Positions 1-11,214 of a stretch of DNA of 64,000 nucleotides are shown one piece after another (position 1 is the first letter of the stretch; each line of letters begins with the position of its first letter). The translations under genes and the position numbers were made by a program. The notes under the pieces were generated by a model, which did no database searches, was not told the origin of the DNA, and saw only the letters and a program-made list of their open reading frames with translations. Origin of the DNA: Carcharhinus longimanus (lineage: Eukaryota); contig JASCQW010000137.1 of the NCBI GenBank assembly GCA_030264375.1, forward strand, positions 22,324,920 to 22,388,919, read 5' to 3'.

Positions 1-599
1 CTGTGGAAGCATTGAGTGGTCTGCTCACCCTTGGGCCTATTGAGACTCTTGGCCACTTAAACGACTCACTCCATCCATGTTGCTCTTTTAGCTGCAGCAG
101 GGAAAGCCCATGGCAAGTGGATAAGCCTTCAGTTTTTACTGGGCAAGCTGGTATAGGCCAAAGAGGAGGGGGTGGTGTGGGAAACCATTTGTGGAAGGTT
201 CCCTGTGCCTGGCTGAGGCCTCCCCAAGAGCATACACTCCATTTTAACCACCGTTTCTCCCATCCTCCTCTAAACCAGGCCCACTACTTCCCTCAGCCCC
301 TTCTTTGAGGCCTACCATCCAGCCCCTGCCGATACCCCAGCCTTACCTGACCTCCGGCTTCTGTAACTTTCTTCTTCAGGAACTGCCTGAAGTCCCAACA
401 GTGACCACTGCATGAACCTGGCACTGCTGTAAGGTGGGACTTCCCTCTTGGGAGTCTCAGCCTGAGCCAATGAACACTCCAGGCATGGAATAACTGACAT
501 TTTCATGGATGGGCTCTCAATCGACATTTTAGTTGGGTGGGCAGGAAGCATGGTGCCTAATGTTTATTTTTGTAGTTGAATTTGCTGCTGAATTCTCTC

Positions 600-1420
600 T
601 CTAGCTTCAGTCCCTCATGTCAGAAAAAGTAGTCTTGCAACTGGTCCCCAGCCAAGGTCTCCAGATAGGTTACCCTAGACGATGTTCCTTAATTTGTCAC
701 CCTCCACCCCACTGAGGGAAATATCTCAACACGAGCTCCAATTTGTTAATTTTCCCAATGGGGTTCCCCCAAATTTTTATGCCCCCGGGTGAGGGGGGAT
801 GAACTGGCTCCTTTCCTTTTTTCAACCCCCTCAGTTGGTCGCAATAAGATTAATTTAAAAAGGAGTCCTTCCCCAACAACAGACACCTTTTCCCAGTTCC
901 ACAAAGAGCCTATTCATCGTGCTTTCTTCAGTTAAAGGGTGATTTTATAAGCAAATGAAATGTGAGAAAAACAATTTTAAAAAATGCATGCATGTACATT
1001 CAAACAGATCAGAAATTAGAAGTCCAAAACGTTTTTTTTTTAGCAGTATATTCAAATCTGCTGCAACTTGTCCAGGTGGAGCAGATGGTGAAGTCTTGTG
1101 GCCACTTGAGATTTGTGATTCATGGAGCACTGACTTCAGCAGTTGAATAGGTGGTTTTGAATTTTCAGTGTTCTGCAGTTTAGCTGAGAGGAGATATCCT
1201 TCTTTCTTTACCACTGTGGTTGTTGCTTTTTTGACATGGCTTGCTTCCAGCAAAATGTTTTTACCTGTGGAAGTGGAGAAGGTGGGTGGTGGTGTTTGGG
1301 ATATAACCTACAGAATATGATTCCATCTAAGAGGATAATCAGCTTCCATGATCTCAACAGGACGATTTCAGTCAGTTGCTTTGTTCCTTTAACATGTCCT
1401 TGTCTGGAAAGTGTGTGACA
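600..1420 (-). mobile_element. Degenerate LTR-retroelement 5' junction (LTR end + tRNA-Pro-like primer binding site)
   Basis: The minus strand reads ...TAACA-AAT-TGGAGCTCGTGTTGAGAT (plus 723-748). This is an LTR-like CA end followed by a sequence resembling the tRNA-Pro PBS TGGGGGCTCGTCCGGGAT. Outer limits are uncertain. Confidence 0.35.
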
Positions 1421-1560
1421 GGCCATTGGCCCTCAGGTCTTAGTATAATCCACATTGGGACAATTAAAACAGCGATTGAATTCACATTTACAGTCATCTT
1501 TGGCTTTTGCATGTCCATTTTTTAAAAACTGGCAGAATTTTCCCATGCTCTGCTGGCAGG

Positions 1561-1600
1561 TTCACCTGACGAAGAGGCAGTCCCCTCGAAAGCTTGTGAG
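1561..1600 (+). ncRNA. Minimal type I hammerhead ribozyme motif (Penelope-type, dimer-dependent)
   Basis: UUCAC-CUGACGA-A-GAGG(cagucc)CCUC-GAAA-GCU-U/GUGAG. Core boxes CUGANGA and GAAA are present, stem II is 4 bp, stem I is UUCAC:GUGAG, and stem III is the palindrome AGCU. Confidence 0.7.
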
Positions 1601-1655
1601 TATATTATCAAATAAATAGGTTGGACTAAAACCTGGTGTTGTCAGACTTTTTACT
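1565..1655 (+). mobile_element. 91-bp Penelope-like terminal-repeat insertion flanked by AGGTTCA duplication
   Basis: AGGTTCA occurs at 1558-1564 and 1656-1662. The insert is the hammerhead core plus AATAAA and GTTGGACTAAAACCTGGTGTTGT, and is homologous to 10699-10781. Confidence 0.7.
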
Positions 1656-4600
1656 AGGTTCAATGGCAGGCAGAGAAGAGAATTCAATGGGAGGTCCAAT
1701 AATTTGTTTTAAGGCTGGCATGAATTTTCCATGGGATCTTCCACTGTGCCCACCATATTGGATTGGGAAATCTATTTGAGGCTGGCCTAAAATTGATTTA
1801 CTTTCCCGTTAACGAGATGCAGATGAAATCCTGACCAGAATATTTCACACATGCCTGATTCTCTATGATGCCAGTGAGTGATGGGACTCACCTGAACAAT
1901 GCTTAGGGCTGCCTCAAGAGTTCGGGATGGAGGTTGCTGGCAACCCTGGATCTGAAAACACTGCCTGTGGGTGGAGGGGAGCTAGATATATGCTGCAGCT
2001 GGATCTTCCAGATTTGGTGTACTGGAGGAGGTTCATCTTGTGGCCACAGAATGTTCTTGGAGATCCCTCTTCTTTCTCAAAAGGGGTCCATTTTCCAGCT
2101 GCAAAGTGCTCCCAGAGATGCATCTTCATTTTCAGAGGGTCTGTTTTCTTTCTTTAATAGGTGGCCAGTGACGTTGGCACCTTTTCAATATGGTATCTGG
2201 ATATGACGATGGATTTTGACCTGCATCTGACCTGCCCCACCACGGAATGCGGTACTAACACCCAGTTGCATTATTAATGAGGTTAGGGCTGGAAGGTGTG
2301 GCCTGTTCTTCCCACTGGCCTCTGCAGCAAGAAATATTCCACTTTCTCCACCACCCCCTCACCACAAGGCTTAGTCCCAGATGGAGAATTCTGGCACATT
2401 TTTAAAGTTTAATATGCCTGTACGTAATTTGAGGTTTTGCTCCAACCTCATGACAATACATTCATTAGTTTTGCATTGCATTTTGATGAACGCTTTTCAA
2501 TGGCCATGAAATATTCCTTTCTTCACATTAAACATGGAGAATTTGAGGGAGTATAATCTTTATCTTTAAGTCTATATGGTACTCGCAGCTAAAGATAGTT
2601 GACGGTGCTCTGACTTACTATTTCTTTTAATTAGAATGTTTCATGTTCGTAAAGCTATTTGTGCTATTTTCAGTGGCAGGTAGTTTTTTCAAAGGACACT
2701 GATGTTCTAATCACTATAGTGAAGATTTTTTTCTGATATCTCTACAGCGAATTACTAATTTACCACAGCAAATTACAACTCAACACATGCACCAACTATG
2801 ATATCTCTGAATGTACACAGCAATGAAAAATGTCTGCTGAATAATGTTAGGGATAGTTAACAAATGATTTCTCAGTTATGAAAAAAAGGGGTTTGCAAGT
2901 TTGTCTGCTGCAGCTGTATTATTTAATTGCTGGGGAATCATGTCCATTCCAAATCGAGCAAAATGATTATTTTACGATTATATATTCAAATGAAAGATCA
3001 CACAGTGGTGTGTTAAATCCTTGCAGAGCTTTACACACAATTCAGTCATGTTCCGAATGCAAGAGAGTTTTAATTGTTGTGATTGTTTCACACATAAAGC
3101 ACGCAACCATATGTCAGGGATTCAAGTATAACACTCATCTTTTTGTCAGTGAAAGTGTGAACATTGACCCAAATTTTCCTGCAGTGGTAAGATTGGTGAT
3201 GTATGGTGTAAAATCCCTCGTCTTGCATGCCAATCTCACCATTGCTGACTTGCTGAAAATTCTGCTGGATTTCTAATTAAAATATGTTGCAATGAGCAGA
3301 CAGTGGTGAATGAAGAACTCGGTGCTGACCTGTGAGCTGAAATAATGGTTCATTTTTCCATACAGAGGTGTGGGAGTGAATGGAATAATCACTGTTAAAT
3401 ATTCTTTCATCTGAAGCTGTTGTATCCCCTTTTGAGCGTTTTCTTTTGTCAGTTTCACTACCATGTGTGATCTATGACTTCAGGCCATTGAAGTACTGCA
3501 TTAGAAATTACTAACCGTTTTAATTAGTTTCAATTATTTTCATGTAATACAAGGGCACAAATGAGTTAAGCAAACTAACTTTGCTACAGAAAAGAAATGT
3601 GGTTATTTTAATCTTTATGATTGAACTATATTTATAACAACTGGCAGTACAAGCCCAATCTTAGAGTATTAAATCACCCTTCAGCAAAACCAACAACTCC
3701 ATAATGTTTAAGTCTAAGTGACAGTGGTGTGAAAAGCAGCTTAAAGACAGGAACATTGAGATCGCTGTTGATTTTAATGAAGGCAAAGTTATAATAATTA
3801 GGTTCTCACTTACTTGGGCAAGGGTAATGCTATAGATCCGAGGAAAATATGAAGTGGCATAAATAATTGCATGCATCACTTATTTCATAACTTCCTCTTA
3901 CTTCCACTGTTTGAGTTCTATGAAGGAGATGCACCCTTGAAGACCCCAGGAAAATCTCCGTCATTATACATTTTTAAAAAACAATCATCTTGAGTTCAAC
4001 GCATGTGTGAGTTTTAGGCCTAAATGTCAATGTGTGAAATAGTTTATTTTAACACTAAATTACAGTGTCATCTATAGAACATTATTAGATTGTATGATAA
4101 AATTAACAAGCAAGTAGTTAACAATATTTCATTGGAAATACTCCAGGTACCAGTTCATAATTTATTTCAGAAAAATCAATTTCCTTATAAACTTCTGTTG
4201 CTACTCTCAGCCACATCTCCATTAAGGATGAACTGGCTGCTGATGTTACATTTGTTATCTGTCATTCCATGATTGAAGGAAGAGGCATTTTTCTGGGGTC
4301 TATGGTTTTTCTTTCTTATTGATTGACTCGTCTGGCTGCCAGTGCCGCCCTGTTAGTTTTGTGAATTGGGGTTAATGTCGATGAAACAGTGACTTCATTC
4401 AAGTGAAGGAAACATTCCAGAGAACACATTCGATTGAATGGTGTAAGGGAAAAGTAAACACAACTGTTTTGACCTAAAGGCTGAGCACCGAAATTAGAGA
4501 AACAATATTATAAGCCAGATATTTATTTAGAAAGTCACAGGATTGTGTAATGATTTGAGCTGAGGTTAATAGAAGATTTATTTTGTGAAAACTCAAATTG

Positions 4601-5344
4601 AATTCTACACCTCAAGGTTGCGTTCCTTTACAAGTTTTTCAGTGTTTTAACTGCATATACTATTCTTCACCTTGCTGATTGATGTTTATGTTGTTAGCCT
4701 TTATATAACTAGTTTTTCTTTGAGTTTAGCTTACAGTAGTCATATCTTTCCCGCATAATTCTGTCCCATTACATAATACAGTTGAAAGAATTGTATCATT
4801 GAATTGCAATGGATAGTAATGTGTCAGTAAGGGAGTCACATTGATTGAGTTAAATTGTAATAAACTGTTTCACTAAAATAATTTGGACAATAATATTGCT
4901 CCCACAGAGTATAATGTCATGCTATACAATATCACTGGCACCTTCATGTATTCCCGCAAAATTTCATTGTATCTGTGTCTCTTTTGATAAATGGAAAGTA
5001 AATGACTGATAAGAAAAATATGTTATTTCACAGCAACAACATGCAATAGAATATAAATCAGTTTTTATGTATACTTAAGAATTTGAGACATAAATACGTT
5101 CGTTTGTTAACTCAATAGTCAGGCAACTATTTAACACCTATTCACCTGCCAGTGTCATTATTTTATTCATGTCTACTCTACACTCATTGATTCAAATGCA
5201 ATTTGTTTCACAGGTAAGAAACTGTTATGTGGCTTTAATTTGGGGATAGTGGATTTTGGAATTTGGGAATGATGACACCAAAATGGAGGCCAAATATAGA
5301 ACTGCTCCTTGTGATTGAAATATTGAGTAGCAAAATTAAAACAA

Positions 5345-6110
5345 AAAGAACAATTTGCATGTATATGGCAAGTTTTAAACCACTAAATATTTTAAATCAT
5401 CCACAGGGACGTGACAAGATTTTTTTAAGCAAAATTTGATATCGAACCACATGAAGTGATATTAAGATAGATGTTCTGAAGGTTAGTGAAAGAAGTAGGC
5501 TTTAAGAAACACCTTAAAGAAAGAGAGGTGGAGAGGCTTAGGGTAATCCCAGAACTGAAGACATGACCAGCAATGGTGGAGTGATTAAAATCGTCTCAAA
5601 AGGCCAGAGTAAAAGGAACATCAATATTTTATATAGAAACATAGAAGCAGGAGGAGGCCATTTGGCCCTTCAAATCTGCTCTGCAATTCATCATGATCGT
5701 GGCTGATCATCCAACTCAATAGTCTAATCCTGCTTTCTCCCCATAACCTTTGATCCCAGTTGCCCCAAGTGCTACATTTAGCTGCCTTTTGAATACATTT
5801 TTGAATACATACAGGTTTTGGCATCAACTACTTCTTGTGGTAATAAACCCCACAGGCTCACCACTCTTTGGGTGAAGAAATGTCTCCTCACCTCTGTCCT
5901 AAATGATTTCCCTAACCCTCAGACTGTGACCCCTGGTGTTTGGAGGGTTGTGGGGCTGGAAATGATTACAGAGATGGGGAGTGATCAGGCTATGAAGTTA
6001 TTTTGAAAAAAAGGGATTTTTTTTAATCAATGTCTGACTTGGCCAATGTAGGTCAGCAAGCAGAGGGAAGATGGTTGATCAAGACCTAGTGCAGGTAAGG
6101 ACATAGACGA
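5345..6110 (-). mobile_element. L2 LINE 3' fragment, interrupted by a CR1 insertion
   Basis: L2-type tail (AACAATTTGCATGTATATGGCA) and AAAGAAGTAGGCTTTAAG...CCTTAAAG motif. The sequence resumes after 5937. Confidence 0.55.
5633..5937 (-). mobile_element. CR1 LINE 3' end
   Basis: ATAGAAACATAGAA tail, GGAGGCCATTTGGCCCTT hairpin region and ACCACTCTTTGGGTGAAGAAA (FFTQRVV on minus). Same subfamily as 44309. Confidence 0.85.
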
Positions 6111-7719
6111 GAGTCCTATACTTTGTTTTTAATGAAGGAAGGCAAATAACTTAACTAAAATAGATTTTGAAGGAGATTCATACAAATTAAGACATTTTAG
6201 CTCATTCAGTCTGGAAGTTAGAGCTAAAACTGAAATCTTAACATACACGTAACCAGTTTATTGACATAGGATTCTTCAGTGTGGATCTTGGGATAGAGTT
6301 AATGGTGGGTGATTAGTGCTCATCGTTATTAAGGAGTAAATCTGGCATAAACTTCCAGCATCTGCACATGTCCAGTTAAACCTGGAAATTCAGAAGCTGC
6401 TGTGTAATTAGCCTACTCCTCCAGAAGCTTTGCGATGTATAGTTATCCTGCCAGGTGGCTTGGCATGATCTTACAGTTCTTACCTATTTAGATAACCACA
6501 TACCAGANNNNNNNNNNNNNNNNNNNNNNNNNNNNNNNNNNNNNNNNNNNNNNNNNNNNNNNNNNNNNNNNNNNNNNNNNNNNNNNNNNNNNNNNNNNNN
6601 NNNNNNNACCAGAAAATGTTGGGGCGTCTCCATTCCAGTCTAAGTGAATTCATTCCAGTATGACCAGCTTTAATTACAGCCAATCAGCCTTTCTGATAAA
6701 AGCATGGGGATTCATTCCTTCAGATGTTTTCTTTTTCTACAAAAATTAAATTGTTTGTACACTTCTTTTCTTTCTGTTTTTTTTTATCTCTCCCAATTCT
6801 ATTTTTCTTCTCTTTATCTCACTGTCTGTACATAATTTGATATTGAATTAATTATTCTAATTTACACTTCATGGTTTAGACTCTGCATGACTCAGTAAGG
6901 ATTCTTCAGCCTTGTGCCTTCGAGAAATACATCATTTCAGCCCTGTACATACATGTTTCAAATCCATGTAAAGGAAGCCACACCATTCCCACCCTCCAAT
7001 AACTGCACCACTAAGACTTTAACACCCTCAGGAAGTCTGTGGCAAGTTTAAGTGTAACAAATGGCTAGCATCATTTGTTTGCTGCTAGTCACAAAATCTG
7101 GACCAATAACTGTTGGCATATTGCCAAATGCATTTTTACTTTAATGCATAATTATGTTTGTCATTTTTTTAAAATATAAATTAATTGTTTTCTCCTTTGC
7201 CCCCAAGTCATCCTTTTTCCATTGAAGAAGTTTCACTGGTGCCACGACAGAACCAAGCAGAAATGAATGTATATCCAGTCGTATCATTGATGCTCTTGTT
7301 CTCTGCAGGACAGCTTATCACTCTTCATCTGGATGCAAATTCTGATTTGAAAGCATCTGTGTAAATTCATTATATTTCACTTTAGTTATGCATTGGCAAA
7401 ATGTACGCCCACTTCACTTTTTCTTCATCAATCTAACCAGATGTTGCCTCTTCGGATTTTGTCCTTAGATTAAAACTGATGTTGGTCTAATTTTCTGGCA
7501 TGAGGACACATAGCACTTCGAGAAATCTGGTGTTATTTGAATATGCTGTTTGGTTGACTGCAACTAAAATTCTGTGTGCACTTGGAAGGAGATGGGAGTG
7601 GTAGAATTCTGTGCAATTCATGTTTTTATCAATCTAATATTCAAATTAATTTTGCTTTGGCCTTATAGATGGGAATGAAGGTCATCTATGTTGTAGAATG
7701 GATTGGACCTATGAGGAGA

Positions 7720-7913
7720 GGGTTGCCAGAGGAGGCAGTAGAGGCAGATACAATGAACATTCAAAAGACATTTGGACAGGTACATGGATAGGAAAGAGTT
7801 AGAGAAATATGGGCTAAACACAGGCAAATGGGACTAGTTCAGTTTAGGAAATCTGGTCAGCATGGACAAGTTGGGCCGAAGAGCCTGTTTCTGTGCTGTG
7901 TATCTCTCTGACT
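7720..7913 (+). mobile_element. CR1 LINE 3' end
   Basis: LPEEAVEADT-like ORF2 end and 3'UTR ending GGGCCGAAGAGCCTGTTTCTGTGCTGT. Confidence 0.8.
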
Positions 7914-7969
7914 CAAGGGGTGGAATTTTACCAATTCACCCCACCCACCGGTGGACGGAGGGAGCTGGT

Positions 7970-8198
7970 AAACATAAGAACATAAGAACATAAGAAATAG
8001 GAGCAGGAGTAGGCCATCTGGCCCTTCGAGCCTGCCCCGCCNNNNNNNNNNNNNNNNNNNNNNNNNNNNNNNNNNNNNNNNNNNNNNNNNNNNNNNNNNN
8101 NNNNNNNNNNNNNNNNNNNNNNNNNNNNNNNNNNNNNNNNNCCCAGTCCACATTCGCCAATTCTTCTCTCATCCTACCGTACTCCCCTCTATTCAAAC
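7970..8198 (-). mobile_element. CR1 LINE with interior collapsed in a gap
   Basis: (AACATAAG)n tail left of the gap. Right of the gap the minus strand encodes RVLCLNRGEYGRMREELANVDW, the post-endonuclease segment of CR1 ORF2. Confidence 0.8.
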
Positions 8199-8317
8199 AA
8201 AGGACGCGTGTCCGGGAAACTCGCATGAACTCGCATGACAGCAGCGAAAACAGGATCACGCCCAATTTCTCGGCTCTCGGGATCTTACCAGAACCAGATT
8301 TCCGGTAAGAGAATCAG

Positions 8318-8633
8318 AGAATAGAATCATAGAATTCCTACGGTGCAGATGGAGGCCATTTGGCCCTTTGAGCCTGTACTGACAACAATCCCACCCAGGC
8401 CCTATCCCCGTAACTCTACGTTCCCCTGACACTGAGGGGCAATTTAGCATGACTAATCAGCCTAACCTGCACATCTTTCAAGTTTGGGAGAAAATGGAAG
8501 CACCCAGAGGAAACCCAAGCAGTCATGGGGAGAATGTGCAAACTCCACACAGACAATCACCTGAAGCCGGAATTGAACCCGGGTCCCTGGCGCTGTGAGG
8601 CAGCGGTGCTAACCACTGTGCCACTGTGCTGTC
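8318..8633 (-). mobile_element. HE1-type tRNA-derived V-SINE (full length)
   Basis: The minus strand has a pol III A box (TGGCACAGTGGTTAG), a B box (GGGTTCAATTCC), the V-domain TGTGTGGAGTTTGCAC and a CR1-like tail ending (ATTCTATG)n. Confidence 0.9.
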
Positions 8634-10698
8634 ACTAAATAATTTATTCAATTATATTTAAATGTTCATTTACGTGATTTTAGTGAGCCCGACGCTCAAT
8701 CGTCCAGGCTCATTTGTCTTTATAACCTCACTGGGAGATTTCCTCTCCAGTGAGGAAAACATCTGCTCCCTGAATGGGGGGATGGAGGGGGCGTAGTAGT
8801 CATGTTCCCCTTGCAGGTAGAACCAGAGGCCATTGAGGCCCCCCGGAAGGGCTGAGGCTAGTTCCTTCCTGGCAAGTTAAGCACCACCTTATGCCTCTGT
8901 TAACTAGAAACGATCTAACTCATTTCTTCATGCACTATGTGCACAAAATTGAGAGTAAAAACTTGCCCAAAAAACAAATCTGCAACATTCCCATTTACTC
9001 ACAAAATTCCGTCCTAAGATTCATTGAATGTACTGTGAATTTATGCAGATGGGGATCTCTTAAATGGGGATTCTGATCACTTTTGAGTGATCAGAATGAA
9101 TTTAATTGTATGTTAAAACTACAGGCTTTTGAGTCTGCACTCTGACATCTGGGTTAAGTAAGAGTCTCTATCTTGCACTGTGTGGGGAACAGTTGCCTGG
9201 CAATGTTCTTTTTCCCAAATTGGCAATTATCAGCCAGAGAACACATTTGCCTCCCAATTATTGATAGTGGGCAAGGCTCTTGAAGCTGGATGGTCAATAG
9301 GAATTACTCCAGTGTAGAAAACATTGCATCTTGCCACTTCAATTAAAATTGCAGATATGATCAGAAATGCTGTCCTACCTCTGGTCTGCTGTCAGGATTC
9401 TCCTTCGGGCAACTGACATTATATCAGGTACCTCTGGGCCCAGAGGATGACTCTGAAATTCCAATCAGCCTCTGACATTTGGCTTTAATAGTTCCTTTAT
9501 CTACCTGAATTAGCCACCTTTTGTGTGCTGATTCCACCTCTGGGGAAAAAGGCCTAGAGATTAGATGGTTCTGGTGAAGGTTACAGTGGTTGTGATGTGA
9601 AATTTGATGTCCATCTGCTGCCATGGAGGTTGAAAATTGTGCCCATTCTGTGAAATATTGGGTAGTTACTGGTGCCAGTGTTCTGGCAGCAGTATCTGGG
9701 GCAGAATAGGACTGCAGTGCATTATTTTTACTCTCACCAACAGAGGGAAAAAGAACTTTTAATTTGGTGCTCTTGCTCCTTGAAAGTGATCTGATACCTT
9801 TAACAAAAAGCAGTGGTATTTGTGATCAGCAGTCTAACAGTAGTGCCAGAAATACCTGGTTTTATATATTGATCATTAAGCACTCATTAATAAATCAATA
9901 AACAGTTTTACTGACATGGAGTTGATGCCTCCCTCTGAGTGTTAGGACAGGTGCAGCAAGTAATCTCCCAGCCTGCATTCATTGCTAACTGAAAGAATCA
10001 CGATTGTTTTTGTGGGATGAAAGTTGTATAATATTCAGGAAACCAGTTCTGGGTCCCAGCTGTATCATATTAAGCAAGTTGCCAAAAGAACATTGTTTAG
10101 TTTGGGGACAAGGAAGAAAGGAAGCTTTATGTAGCTTATCATTGCCATCCATACTTTAGAAAAGTGAAATCTTAGCAGTGAAAGGAAACAGTCCATGTTT
10201 AAAACACTTGTTCATCTTTTGTGTAGGTGTGTTCAAGCAATTAAGTGCAAAGGTTTCCCAAAGGTGCTTGTCAAATCCTGCTTTTTTTCAATTTCCAAAA
10301 TGTAATTTATTTTCCAGTTTCCGTTCACCAGAAGCTTATACTTTCAAGTGAGATACAGCTCAAAATTTCTACCCTGGAAGACAACACTCTGTTACATCAA
10401 TGTTCTATCTCCAGTTCCTGTATTCTTGCAGATATTTTGTTGGCAGTATAAACAAGATTTCTTTTATGTTTTATTATACTGGAACTATACTGATTTGCTC
10501 CAGACTTGTTTTTCTTTGGAATTTGTGATATTGGCCTATTAAGTATCGTTAATCTTCCACAAATATTTCTTCTACAATCTTTTACTGTGAAGTCTATGTT
10601 AAAAAGGGACAACTGATTGACAGAAGCAGTTGTCTCGATAAACCATGACAAGTGAAATATTAGTCTGCCACTGATTTATTGTGGTTTTCTTTGGAACT

Positions 10699-10781
10699 CA
10701 CCTGATGAAGGAGCAGCATTTCGAAACCTCGTAATTCCAAATAAATCTGCTGGATTTTAACCTGGTGTTGTGATCTTCTTA
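10699..10781 (+). mobile_element. Second Penelope-like hammerhead mini-repeat (decayed)
   Basis: CAC-CTGATGA-A-GGAG(cagca)TTTC-GAAA-CCTC...AATAAATCTGCTGGATTTTAACCTGGTGTTGTG aligns to 1563-1655. Confidence 0.7.
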
Positions 10782-11124
10782 ATATGAAACCAGCATTGAC
10801 TCTTAAATGTAATGTACATTGACCTTACGAGCCAATCTCATCTCTGAAGCCAAACTTTTTATTTGAATTTAGAGCTTAACTTACACAGTAGGTATGTACT
10901 AATCTCCTTGGCACATTTCCCCAGACTTTCAAATTTAACGAACAGTGATGAGCCGAGTGATTGATACTGTAAATAACAAATTGTGTGCTGTTCCACACCA
11001 TCAGTCAAACCGTTAGCTTATTTTACTGCTTGGGAATTGAAAGGCAATGATAGGAAAAAATATTACAGCCAAATAGTAAATGTGATTAGCTTTAAATTGG
11101 TTGCTTAATTAATTTTGGACCAAA

Positions 11125-11214
11125 AGCTGGGACCTGCTTAGCCTTGGCTTCAGCCACAGTGCTGTTTTTTTTTGCACAGCTGGGACTTGCTTGGCTTCAG
11201 CTACAGTCCTGTTT
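11125..11214. repeat. Two-copy imperfect tandem duplication (~40-bp unit)
   Basis: AGCTGGGACCTGCTTAGCCTTGGCTTCAGCCACAGTGCTGTTT and AGCTGGGACTTGCTTGGCTTCAGCTACAGTCCTGTTT. Confidence 0.8.

Larger units (their letters stand above)
1530..2396. mobile_element. PIF/Harbinger-like non-autonomous element (MITE) hosting a small insertion
   Basis: Imperfect terminal inverted repeats GGCAGAATTTTCCCA (1531) and TGGAGAATTCTGGCA (2382-2396), with a GC-richer interior than the flanks. Confidence 0.5.
7917..8890. mobile_element. Harbinger-like MITE remnant fragmented by CR1 and SINE insertions
   Basis: Begins GGGGTGGAATTTTACC. CpG-rich pieces continue at 8200-8310 and 8640-8890. Confidence 0.35.

Noticed and set aside
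2878-3276. 132-aa ATG ORF
   Set aside because: AT-rich, with no domain signature or codon-like pattern, so likely chance.
7208-7360. Open frame with signal-peptide-like MNVYPVVSLMLLFSAGQL
   Set aside because: Weak splice sites and no recognisable family or partner exon.
8560-8633. tRNA-like A/B boxes
   Set aside because: These are SINE heads and do not fold into a cloverleaf, so no tRNA gene is called.
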